From Planctomycetota bacterium (lineage in GTDB: Bacteria > Planctomycetota > UBA8108 > SXIK01): a DNA stretch of 42,048 bases. This document shows positions 18,939 through 26,338 of the stretch, in pieces. The stretch spans positions 1 through 42,048 of the forward strand of contig CBDCXR010000003.1 in the NCBI GenBank assembly GCA_965223845.1. The letters run 5' to 3'. Position numbers and translations under genes: made by a program. Numbering within the stretch: position 1 is the stretch's first letter; each line of letters starts with the position of its first letter. The notes under the pieces were generated by a model. That model did no database searches. It was not told where the DNA came from and saw only the letters and a program-made list of their open reading frames with translations.

Positions 18939-19071
18939 TCACGAGTCGCTTCATCAGCTCTTCCAACATTTCGCGCCGGCGCTCCATGTCGAGCTGCTCG
19001 ATGCAACGATCGAGCGAATCCGCCTCTTCGCGCGTGAATTCGATTCTGATCGTCTTTTCGCGATCGTTCAT
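18931..19071 (-). CDS. 46-aa RHH-like protein (not in the ORF track)
   Basis: AGGAGG RBS; MNDREKTIRIEFTREEADSLDRCIEQLDMERRREMLEELMKRLVND; overlaps the next gene. Confidence 0.65.
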   Translation of the reverse strand: MNDREKTIRIEFTREEADSLDRCIEQLDMERRREMLEELMKRLVND

Positions 19072-19197
19072 GGGGACCTCCTGTGGTGGATTTTCCCGCA
19101 CCGTTATCGGTCGCAGGTGTTCAGAGTGCCCCCCTGCCAGTACGATTGAGGGATAGCTACTTCTCTCAACTCGTAACTTGGCAGGAGGGCCAATTTT

Positions 19198-19569
19198 ATG
19201 GCTACTCGGTTGGGTCTATTTTTGGTTGTGGTCGGGGCTCTGTTCGTGGTCGGGTCAGGGGTAGGCGCGGGAATCTTCGTCGAGGAGATCATACTTCGTC
19301 GTGGCGACGTGAATCTCGACGGCAGCGTGAACATCTCCGATCCAGCGTTCTTGTCCAATTACCTGTTCGCGCAGGGACCGGAGCCCGGTTGCCTCAATCA
19401 GGCGGACGCGAACGATGACGGGGCGGTGAATGTTGCCGACATGACGTTTCTGTTCAACTATCTCGCGGGTTCTGGGTCTGCTCCCCCGTACCCCGGTCCG
19501 AGCGGTGTTGGATACTGCGTCGTGGACCCTCTTCCGCGGCCTGGCTGCACTGTCGACCCGTGCGATTAG
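19198..19569 (+). CDS. Standalone secreted or membrane-anchored dockerin type I domain protein
   Basis: Hydrophobic N-terminus; two EF-hand-like repeats GDVNLDGSVNISD and ADANDDGAVNVAD; Cys/Pro tail. Confidence 0.9.
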   Translation: MATRLGLFLVVVGALFVVGSGVGAGIFVEEIILRRGDVNLDGSVNISDPAFLSNYLFAQGPEPGCLNQADANDDGAVNVADMTFLFNYLAGSGSAPPYPGPSGVGYCVVDPLPRPGCTVDPCD

Positions 19570-20369
19570 ACGACCAGCAGCCTCCTGCTTTTTGCTCCGA
19601 GCAGGATCATGATCGCGCGCTGACGTAGGCTCCATTCCGTTTCGCAGTCGACATATCGACTGGTCACGAACTCGTCCCACTCCCGTGCCTTGGCAAAGTC
19701 GCCTCGATACTCCGCGATGGACCAGAGGATGGTTCCGGATCGTGCCTGATTCAGCCTCGATTCGTCGGCCAAGGTATGAAGCTCTGCGTTGCCGTACGCG
19801 CGCCCAGCGAGCTCTTCGCTACCTTCGTTGAGGTGACACGCGGTCAGGCCGCAGTGCCACATCGCGGCCTGCGTGTGGTGGGTAGATCTTGGATTCTGAC
19901 GGCAAAGGCGATTGTAGGCTCGGATTGCTTGGGCGCTCTCGCCTGCACAGTTGTAAGAGCGAGCGAGAATCGTTCCGGCGAACAAATACGCGGCACGCAG
20001 TTCTTTGCACGTGGGAGATCGATCGCTCGCAGTCCTCGAAATACTGACGAGGTTTTCCGCGACGTCGATGACTGCCTGCCATTCCACCTCGTCAAGGACG
20101 CCCGTAGAAAGCTGTCCGAGGAGCTGAATCTCTACCCAGAAGCACTCGCTCATGATGCCACGAGCAAACGTCTGATCTGAATAGCACTCGCTTCGCACGA
20201 CTTTTCGAGTCTTTTCGACGAGGTACGTCGCTTGGCTCAATTGCAGTCGTAACGTCCTGATCAGGGCGCGGCGAACGAGGGACCGCGAGTCCGTCCCCGA
20301 AGCAGCCTCCAACGCTTCGTCTAATCTGCCCTCGGATAGTAGAATCAGGTAGGCGTCGTCCAGTGCCAC
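19566..20369 (-). CDS. Helical-repeat (TPR-like) protein
   Basis: EGRLDEALEA, AGESAQAIRAY, EGSEELAGRAY and RGDFAKAREW helix patterns. Confidence 0.6.
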   Translation of the reverse strand: MALDDAYLILLSEGRLDEALEAASGTDSRSLVRRALIRTLRLQLSQATYLVEKTRKVVRSECYSDQTFARGIMSECFWVEIQLLGQLSTGVLDEVEWQAVIDVAENLVSISRTASDRSPTCKELRAAYLFAGTILARSYNCAGESAQAIRAYNRLCRQNPRSTHHTQAAMWHCGLTACHLNEGSEELAGRAYGNAELHTLADESRLNQARSGTILWSIAEYRGDFAKAREWDEFVTSRYVDCETEWSLRQRAIMILLGAKSRRLLVV

Positions 20370-20381
20370 GTAACTGCCTTT

Positions 20382-20585
20382 CTATTCTTCCTCGTCTTCC
20401 GGCGGACGACAGTCAAGCCTGTCGATCTTTCCTTCGCGGACTTGTCGCTCGAGGTACTCCGCCCAGTATTCGACAATCTGACGCCCCGTGAAGCGCATGC
20501 CCTGACCAACTCGAAGGCGCTTCTGGTACTCAGACGCCCAGCGCTCGAGGACGTCGATCGTCTTTAGGCTCAGCCGCCAATTCAC
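20382..20585 (-). CDS. RHH-like regulator, paralog B, candidate repressor (start uncertain)
   Basis: KKAVNWRLSLKTIDVLERW; first leftward gene from the divergent control region. Confidence 0.6.
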   Translation of the reverse strand: MNWRLSLKTIDVLERWASEYQKRLRVGQGMRFTGRQIVEYWAEYLERQVREGKIDRLDCRPPEDEEE

Positions 20586-20669
20586 CGCCTTCTTCTGAAT
20601 CTCTTCGTCGGCGGCGAAGAGCAGGAAAACCGCGGGCAGGACGACATGGATTCCCGATCAGACGTCGCG

Positions 20670-20835
20670 CTTTGCCATGCGAGTGAATGTATCGCATAGC
20701 TCGGCAGACTTCGGCACAAAAATGTCACAGATCGGCATGGCCCGTCAAGCCTCACTTTTCTTCGCTTTACACAATTGACAGCCATGAAAAGTCGTGTACA
20801 GTCCGAGGTGTGACGAGTAGTGCATGGCCATGGAG
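20670..20835. promoter_or_regulatory. Divergent control region with repeated GCCATG(C) boxes
   Basis: Rightward TTGACA(20775)-16-TACAGT; weaker leftward TTGACG(20748)-16-GACATT; boxes at 20674, 20735 (rev), 20781, 20822 (rev) and 20827. Confidence 0.65.
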
Positions 20836-20854
20836 AGGCAGGAGGCGAGAAAGT

Positions 20855-21196
20855 GTGAACGGCGCTCAGCTCAGAACGCTCAAGCCCGACAGGATTTACA
20901 CCGAGCAGGAGGCGGCGGAGTTGTGCGGGGTGTCCAGGGACATCCTCCGAGCCGCGCGACAGGCCGGTGATCTCGAGTACAGCCGATTTGGCGCGTGCCG
21001 AATTGGATATCTGGGGAGTGACGTTATCGAGTGGGGGAAGCGTCGAGCTCAAGCCGAGCTCGAGGAGATGGGCAGAAGTAAAAGCAAGCGCTCCGCGCGC
21101 CCGCGGCGCCGGGGCGGGAAGAAGAGCACGAAGAAGAAGACGGTGAAGAGAAAGGCGTCGACGAGGAAAGCCACCACCAAGAAGAAGCGCGGGTAG
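20855..21196 (+). CDS. Excisionase-like HTH protein with Lys/Arg-rich tail
   Basis: YTEQEAAELCGVSRDILR...RIGYLGSDVIEW; GGAGG RBS. Confidence 0.85.
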   Translation: MNGAQLRTLKPDRIYTEQEAAELCGVSRDILRAARQAGDLEYSRFGACRIGYLGSDVIEWGKRRAQAELEEMGRSKSKRSARPRRRGGKKSTKKKTVKRKASTRKATTKKKRG

Positions 21197-21205
21197 GGAG
21201 GGAGC

Positions 21206-21472
21206 ATGCCGATGACCGCGGCAGCGCCAGCCGCTCCGAGCGGCGGCAGCGAACGAATCGACCAGGACGCGGCTCGAGAATATCTCGGGACGCCCGGCAA
21301 GCCGGTCTCGCGGCAGATGCTTTGGAGGCTGCGGATGCGGGACGAGGACGACGACCCGCTCCCGCACTACCGGGTAGGTCGTCGAGTTCAGTACAGTCGA
21401 TCGGAGCTCGACGCGTGGATGCGTCGAGAGGCCAAGCGAGAGATCGAGCGCAGGAAGGGAGACACGCAGTGA
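21206..21472 (+). CDS. xis: Excisionase-like HTH protein
   Basis: AAREYLG...VSRQMLWRL...LPHYRVGRRVQYSRSELDAWM; abuts attP. Confidence 0.8.
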   Translation: MPMTAAAPAAPSGGSERIDQDAAREYLGTPGKPVSRQMLWRLRMRDEDDDPLPHYRVGRRVQYSRSELDAWMRREAKREIERRKGDTQ

Positions 21473-21503
21473 GTCCGTTTTGCTACGATTCTGCTACGGT
21501 ACG

Positions 21504-21539
21504 AAAAAAAGGACTCACGACCGAAGTCGTAAGTCCTTT
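21504..21539 (-). terminator. Rho-independent terminator that would serve the reconstituted host tRNA
   Basis: AAAGGACTCACGAC-cgaa-GTCGTAAGTCCTTT hairpin with a T7 tract on the minus strand. Confidence 0.8.
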
Positions 21540-21547
21540 GCTGGTTT

Positions 21548-21592
21548 TGGTGGGCGGACCCAGATTTGAACTGGGGACACACGGATTTTCAG
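21548..21592 (-). tRNA. 3' half of tRNA-Phe(GAA), attP core (not a full tRNA)
   Basis: Reverse complement CTGAAAATCCGTGTGTCCCCAGTTCAAATCTGGGTCCGCCCACCA: anticodon loop, T arm and CCA; no D arm. Confidence 0.9.
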
Positions 21593-21786
21593 CGCCAAAA
21601 GTCGTCGTCCTCCTAACTTTGCTCGTCGCAACATTTTCCCTGGAAAACAAGGCACTTGCGGCGTCTCCAAGGGTTGCGTTAGGTTGCTCGCTGTCGCCAT
21701 CGTTTTGCTACGTTTTTGCTACGGTTAGTCAGAACGAACTACGAGTGGCTACTCGCACCTCTTACACGCTCCACCGGCGGATTGCG

Positions 21787-22902
21787 GTGTACGCGCCGTA
21801 CCTCCGCGAGTGGGGGATTTACTACGTCCGGCTCGTCGACAAGCGGACGGGCGTGCAGCGCATTCGCTCCACGGGCGAGGCGACTCTTTCGAAGGCGCGG
21901 GAAGAAGCGCAGCGTCTCGCCGAGGAGTTCTACGAGGAAGTCTCTTCGGCGAGGCGGCAGTCGAAGATGCTCGTCTTCGGAACGGCGTACCGCGAGTGGC
22001 TGTCGCTCCGCGACTGCGAGGAGATCACCCGCCGCGACTACAGGTCCCAGCTCAACGGGTTCGAGGGCGTGTTCGGCCACCTCCTCGTCCGCGATGTGTC
22101 GTTCGGGCACATCGAGCGCTACATCCTGAAGCTCTCGCGGGAAAACAAGGCGCCGCGTACTCAGAAGAAGCGTCTCGCCACGCTGCGGAACTTCTTCCGG
22201 TGGTGCGTCCGCATGAAGTACCACGTCGAGGATCCGACTGACGGAATCCGCGTGCGTGGGCGCGAGCAGAAGGAGCCTATTGCGCTCACGCCTGACGAGG
22301 CGGGGTCGCTCCTCAAGGCGTGCAGCGAGAAGATCATCGTCGAGAAGCGAGACACTCGCCGCGGAAAATGGAAGCAGTCGCACACTCCGCCGCGCTCGCT
22401 CTTGATCTCGGTCTCGCTCTACATGCTCGCCGGCATTCGCGACAAGACAATTCGCGAGCTCCTCTGGCGCCACGTCGACCTTGGCGAAGCAAGGCTCACG
22501 ATTCCCGCTGAGCTCATGAAGGCCAAGCGCCCGCACGACGTGCCGATGCATCCGGACCTCGTTCAGATCCTCCGCGAAGAAGCGGCGCGGCTGAAGAAGA
22601 TCGACCCGGATGCTCTTGTGCTCGGGGAGACGATCCGCCATCGCATCGGGACGAAGGCGTTCGAGGGTGCGGTTACTCGCGCGAAAATCCGAACGATCTG
22701 GCCGCACTGTCTCCGCCACACGTTCATCACCTGGCTGGAGAACGTCGCGCCCCGGCGTCACGTCCAGCTCCTTTGCGGGCACGCTCCGTCATCGGTGACG
22801 GACCGTTACTCGCACCCGACGTTTGAACAGCTTCGCGAATCGGTAGCGAAGCTTCCGCGCGTGCTCGGCCGAACGGTCGACCCCGACGCCGCCCAAGCGT
22901 AG
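21787..22902 (+). CDS. int: Tyrosine integrase (alternative in-frame starts at 21745 and 21469)
   Basis: GIR, HCLRH, LCGH and TDRY catalytic residues; core-binding region LATLRNFFRW. Confidence 0.95.
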   Translation: MYAPYLREWGIYYVRLVDKRTGVQRIRSTGEATLSKAREEAQRLAEEFYEEVSSARRQSKMLVFGTAYREWLSLRDCEEITRRDYRSQLNGFEGVFGHLLVRDVSFGHIERYILKLSRENKAPRTQKKRLATLRNFFRWCVRMKYHVEDPTDGIRVRGREQKEPIALTPDEAGSLLKACSEKIIVEKRDTRRGKWKQSHTPPRSLLISVSLYMLAGIRDKTIRELLWRHVDLGEARLTIPAELMKAKRPHDVPMHPDLVQILREEAARLKKIDPDALVLGETIRHRIGTKAFEGAVTRAKIRTIWPHCLRHTFITWLENVAPRRHVQLLCGHAPSSVTDRYSHPTFEQLRESVAKLPRVLGRTVDPDAAQA

Positions 22903-22978
22903 CCACGTCGTCCGTCCCGTCGTGCGCCTACGCTCCAGCCGTAGGCGCGATGTGTCCGCGTAGCGGAGGTATCGCCGA

Positions 22979-23212
22979 ATGAAACTAACGATCGAAATAC
23001 CAGACGACGCGCCGATCGTCGGCGAGGACGGCAAGCTCGCTTTCACGACGCACCTCTCCGGCGACGGTCGAACGCAGTACGTCAACCACACGCTCGAGTC
23101 CCTCACGCAGGAGATCTCTGATCTCGTTCGCCGCGAGCTCAACAAACGCATCGGCGGCAACCACGGTCCGCCGATGGCGCAGGACGTCATGGAGGAGGAG
23201 CCCACCCCATGA
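22979..23212 (+). CDS. Hypothetical protein
   Basis: GGAGGT RBS; coupled to the next gene. Confidence 0.65.
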   Translation: MKLTIEIPDDAPIVGEDGKLAFTTHLSGDGRTQYVNHTLESLTQEISDLVRRELNKRIGGNHGPPMAQDVMEEEPTP

Positions 23213-23919
23213 CCGCCCCCAATCCAGCACCCAGCACCAACTCACCTCGCGCCGACGAGTCGCACGCCAAATTTCTCTGCCGCGTTGGCGTCCTGGCGTG
23301 GAACTCCTGGCGCGACGCCAATCCGGAGATTACGCCGTACCTTCGCTACGCGGACCTCAGCGGCGCGGACCTCAGCTACGCGGACCTCAGCTACGCGAAT
23401 CTCAGCGGCGCGGACCTCAGCTACGCGAATCTCCGCGGCGCGAACCTCCGCGACGCGAACCTCAGCGTCGCGAACCTCAGCGACGCGAACCTCCGCTACG
23501 CGCACCTCAACGGCGCGAACCTCATCGGCGCGCACCTCAGCGGCGCGCACCTCAGCGGCGCGAACCTCAGCGACGCGAACCTCCGCTACGCGCACCTCAA
23601 CGGCGCGAACCTCATCGGCGCGAACCTCATCGGCGCGCACCTCAACGACGCGACAACCCTCCCGACCGGCGAGACGTGGGAGATGTACTGCCGCGAGGTC
23701 GTGCCGGCACTCTGCACGGCAGGTGGAGCGAGTCTCGCAGACGTAGCCGACGCGTGGGATTGCCACGAATGGTCGAACTGCCCGATGCATGTCGCGTTCG
23801 GCGCGAACGGCATCTCACAGGTGCCGCCACTACACAGGCCACGCGCGGAGCAGTTTGTACAGCTATTCGATGCGCGGCTGATTCCGCGGCCGGTTGTTAC
23901 CGAGGAGCCCGCGTCATGA
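23209..23919 (+). CDS. Pentapeptide repeat protein with Cys/His C-terminal domain
   Basis: About 20 A(D/N/H)Lxx repeats (15-bp DNA tandem, ~23340-23650). Confidence 0.93.
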   Translation: MTAPNPAPSTNSPRADESHAKFLCRVGVLAWNSWRDANPEITPYLRYADLSGADLSYADLSYANLSGADLSYANLRGANLRDANLSVANLSDANLRYAHLNGANLIGAHLSGAHLSGANLSDANLRYAHLNGANLIGANLIGAHLNDATTLPTGETWEMYCREVVPALCTAGGASLADVADAWDCHEWSNCPMHVAFGANGISQVPPLHRPRAEQFVQLFDARLIPRPVVTEEPAS

Positions 23920-24218
23920 CCGCCCCGCGCGTAGAGCCCGACGGTGACGGCTGCGAATGCGTCGTCCCGCTACAGCTCGTCGTCGAGCGGATCTTCGAGC
24001 GCCGGGAGATGTACCGCGTGATGGCGGACTCGCTCACGGGCAACGCGGACGACCTGGTCGACGTCGCGCACCAAAAGCGCGCTGTTGCGACGGAGCTCGA
24101 GACGATCGTCGAGGCGTTTTGCGCTCGCACGGGCGATCTCGACATCGGGGAGTATGAGCGCCAGCGGTTTAGCGCGGCAGTTGAGGTGGCACGGGAGCTC
24201 GGGGAGGCGGCGCCATGA
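23916..24218 (+). CDS. Hypothetical protein
   Basis: GAGGAG RBS; ATGA overlaps at both ends. Confidence 0.65.
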   Translation: MTAPRVEPDGDGCECVVPLQLVVERIFERREMYRVMADSLTGNADDLVDVAHQKRAVATELETIVEAFCARTGDLDIGEYERQRFSAAVEVARELGEAAP

Positions 24219-24391
24219 GTGGCAAGCCGAGGTGGCTCTCGACACTCGCGCAAGCGGAGATCCCGGCGCTCGAGGATGAGTTCGAGGGGCTGTTCGATTT
24301 TGTGGCCGCGTGCGTCGTCGCGCTGATCGTCGTCGGCATCGCGATCTGGATCAACTGGCGTTGGAGGCGGCCTCGGCGGGGCGGTGGCTGA
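24215..24391 (+). CDS. 58-aa single-TM protein (not in the ORF track)
   Basis: ...FVAACVVALIVVGIAIWINWRWRRPRR; ATGA coupling. Confidence 0.6.
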   Translation: MSGKPRWLSTLAQAEIPALEDEFEGLFDFVAACVVALIVVGIAIWINWRWRRPRRGGG

Positions 24392-24408
24392 GTTTCTCTT
24401 CTTTTCTG

Positions 24409-24441
24409 CCCGGGTAGCTCCTCTGGCTGCCCGGGTTTTTT
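24409..24441 (+). terminator. Rho-independent terminator
   Basis: CCCGGGTAGC-loop-GCTGCCCGGG-TTTTTT. Confidence 0.8.
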
Positions 24442-24496
24442 GAACCAGACGGGGCAAAAACGAAACCCTTAGGGGGAAGTGAACAGAGGGAGAGGG

Positions 24497-25297
24497 ATGG
24501 CCGCGCCCAAATATCCAAAGCGCACGCCGGGGGTTGAGAGGATCTCGAACAGCGAGCTACAGACGTACCTCGTCTGCGGTCTCCGCTGGCTCTACGACCG
24601 AGAGGACTCTCACCGCCGAACGACAGTCGCTGCCGCGTGCGGCACTGGTGTTCACGCCGGCGCTAAGCGAGACAATCTCGCGAAGAAGAACGAGGGCGCG
24701 GCCATCGAGGCGAAGGAGATCGTCGAGGTCTCCGTCGACGCGTACGAGCGAGAGGTCGGGGAGTGCGAGGTCGACGCGTCGCCACACGAGATCGACGCCG
24801 GCGTCGACGACACTGCGAACGCCGCACGGGAATACGCCCTGCGGATCGCGCCGCTCTACGAGCCGAAAGAAATCCTCGACGTCGAGCGCGCCGTCGTTGC
24901 GCGCGTGGGCGGTTTCGAAATCGCTGGAACGCCAGACGCCATGACCTCTGACGGCGTTGGCGACGTAAAGACGGGTCGTCCGTGGACGGCAGCGCGCGCA
25001 CGCAGTTCTCGGCAGCTCACGCTCTACGGCTTTCTCTACCGCGCCGCCTACGGGGAGGCCCCGTCGAGGGTTTGGATCGACGGAATCGCGCGGCCCGCGC
25101 GCGGCGGCTGGGTTGCTCGGCGGATCTACGACTATCGGCAAACCAGCGACTACACCGCGCTAAGGGAGATTCTCGTTCGCGCGCTCGAAGGCATGCGCGC
25201 GGGCATCGCTCTCCCGGCCGCGGAGGGCGACTGGCACTGTCAGCAGAAATATTGCCCGCACTACCGACGGTGTACGGCCGTCGTCGGGCGCAGGTGA
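24497..25297 (+). CDS. PD-(D/E)XK exonuclease, RecB/Cas4-like, probable Fe-S cluster
   Basis: ISNSELQTYLVC, GTGVH, GTPD, DVKTG, QLTLY and C-terminal CQQKYCPHYRRC. Confidence 0.9.
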   Translation: MAAPKYPKRTPGVERISNSELQTYLVCGLRWLYDREDSHRRTTVAAACGTGVHAGAKRDNLAKKNEGAAIEAKEIVEVSVDAYEREVGECEVDASPHEIDAGVDDTANAAREYALRIAPLYEPKEILDVERAVVARVGGFEIAGTPDAMTSDGVGDVKTGRPWTAARARSSRQLTLYGFLYRAAYGEAPSRVWIDGIARPARGGWVARRIYDYRQTSDYTALREILVRALEGMRAGIALPAAEGDWHCQQKYCPHYRRCTAVVGRR

Positions 25298-25306
25298 AAG
25301 GAGAGA

Positions 25307-26338
25307 GTGGTGGGTAACGCCGAGGTTGTTTCTTCCGACTCGCTCGCCGTTCAGACGCGAGCGGAGATCGACATCCAGATCGCGACGGCGAAGCAGTTCC
25401 CGCGCGACATCGCGCGAGCAAAGGAAGATCTGGTCGCGCTCGTGTGCTCCAGCCCTGAACGTGCGGAGGAGTGTGAGTACAGCATTCCCCGTGGTGGGAA
25501 GACGATCGAGGGGCCGAGTGTTCGATTCGCAGAGGCCGTGTTCAGTTGCTGGAAAAATCTCCGACTTCAGACGCGGATCCTCAGCACCGAGGGCTCGTAC
25601 GTTTTGACGGAAGCGGCTGTCCACGATCTCGAGTCGAACGTGGCTATGTCGTCGCCGGCCAGACGGAGGATCACAGATCGGAGCGGGAATCGCTACAACG
25701 ACGACCTGATCGACGTGACGGCGCGGGCTGCGATCTCGGTTGCGTATCGAAATGTGGTCCTGAAAGTCATCCCGCGCTCGTTCTGGGGAGACGCGTACGA
25801 CGCGGCGAAGAGTGTCGCGCGAGGAACGTCCGAGCTGCCGCGGCGTCGCTTGCGCGCGCTCGGTTGGTTCGAGGCACGCGGAGTCGCGCGCGAAGCGGTC
25901 CTCGCCCATCTCGGCCGTAAAGATCTCGCGGAAATCACCGTCGACGATCTCGCGAAGCTCAACGGCCTTCGCACCGCCATCGCCGAAGAGACGACGTCGA
26001 TTGAGACGGTGTTCGGGACGGGTGACGACACGGCCCCTGAGCCGGACGACGACGCTCCGGAGCTCGTCGCGATGGGCGAGGAAGTCAAGCCGTCGGCCGA
26101 TACGGAGCCCAAGGGCAAGGCAAACGACGGCGACGACGAGTCGGAACGACTCGTCGCTCGGTGGAAGGAGATCGTTCGGGACACTCGAGTCGGCGGGCGT
26201 GACCTGTCCGCCATCAAGAGCGAACTCGGCGTGAAGGTCGTGAATACCAAGGTCGACGTCGAAGCGCTCGCGCAACTCGTGGACGCGGCCGAGGTCTTGC
26301 TCGCTGAGGCGAAAGCGAAGAAGGGAGGGAAGTCATGA
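25307..26338 (+). CDS. Putative single-strand annealing / recombination protein
   Basis: Follows the exonuclease; EIDIQIATAKQFPR and IEGPSVRFAE core, acidic linker. Function inferred from position. Confidence 0.55.
   Translation: MVGNAEVVSSDSLAVQTRAEIDIQIATAKQFPRDIARAKEDLVALVCSSPERAEECEYSIPRGGKTIEGPSVRFAEAVFSCWKNLRLQTRILSTEGSYVLTEAAVHDLESNVAMSSPARRRITDRSGNRYNDDLIDVTARAAISVAYRNVVLKVIPRSFWGDAYDAAKSVARGTSELPRRRLRALGWFEARGVAREAVLAHLGRKDLAEITVDDLAKLNGLRTAIAEETTSIETVFGTGDDTAPEPDDDAPELVAMGEEVKPSADTEPKGKANDGDDESERLVARWKEIVRDTRVGGRDLSAIKSELGVKVVNTKVDVEALAQLVDAAEVLLAEAKAKKGGKS

Larger units (their letters stand above)
21478..21723. mobile_element. attP: attP region with paired integrase arm-type sites
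   Basis: TT(T/C)TGCTACG direct repeats at 21478, 21489, 21703 and 21714 flank the tRNA-derived core. Confidence 0.85.

Noticed and set aside
21548-21592. Functional phage tRNA-Phe
   Set aside because: The 5' half and D arm are missing; context indicates an attP core.
23242-23790. EVRAA and SAART repeat ORFs
   Set aside because: Alternative-frame readings of the pentapeptide repeat DNA.
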